A program made the translations under genes and the position numbers. Below are positions 63,895 through 64,000 of a stretch of 64,000 nucleotides of DNA, piece by piece (the stretch's first letter is position 1; each line of letters begins with the position of its first letter). The DNA is taken from NCBI GenBank assembly GCA_051531975.1, contig JAOPTT010000004.1, positions 128,001 to 192,000 of the forward strand, given 5' to 3'. Below the pieces are notes generated by a model. That model had not been told where the DNA came from. It saw only the letters and a program-made list of their open reading frames with translations, and did no database searches. Source of the stretch: Spirochaetaceae bacterium. GTDB taxonomy: Bacteria > Spirochaetota > Spirochaetia > DSM-2461.

Positions 63895-64000
63895 ACCTAG
63901 TGTAAAGTATTTTATATTTTGTTGTAGTTTGCAATAAAATTTTAACTTGAACTATTCTTTAAATAAGTAGTAGTTGTGCGGAAGCTAGAAGACATAATGG

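Overview
AT-rich bacterial chromosome segment, most likely from a free-living spirochaete. This is inferred from the SLT-uppP-ftsK synteny, a TPR+Mrr-like protein, FapA, several MCPs and spirochaete-type lipoproteins. Most of it is housekeeping and metabolic: an AapJQMP-type amino-acid ABC transporter, argA, murJ, a panG-panB-panC-coaC-coaB-coaX-rlmH operon, mnmE-mnmG-rsmG, uppP, ftsK and trkH/trkA. An accessory carbohydrate block at about 9.9-27.6 kb contains an AraC/GH2 beta-galactosidase pair and a ROK-ABC-GH31-GH15 operon resembling cycloalternan catabolic loci. The most striking unexplained signal is a family of three dispersed, diverged ~210-226 bp non-coding cassettes (8608-8818, 9488-9713, 14935-15159). 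Each has an invariant palindrome ATAGGGA-AAA-TCCCTAT, an ATGA-N10-TCAT repeat, and a TATATT -10 box starting exactly 62 bp after the palindrome start. These are followed by an almost C-free body with 6-7 AAAGU motifs and a covarying intrinsic terminator, the architecture of activator-controlled, protein-sponge small RNAs. Two copies flank a truncated KwaB-like (DUF4868) gene. Other observations: a pan-motif-like hairpin with two bulged As, an unannotated 58-aa MshEN-like protein, two different nitrate-type chemoreceptors and many apparently leaderless genes. No rRNA, tRNA, CRISPR array or transposase was recognised. All calls come from reading the sequence by eye; no searches were run.
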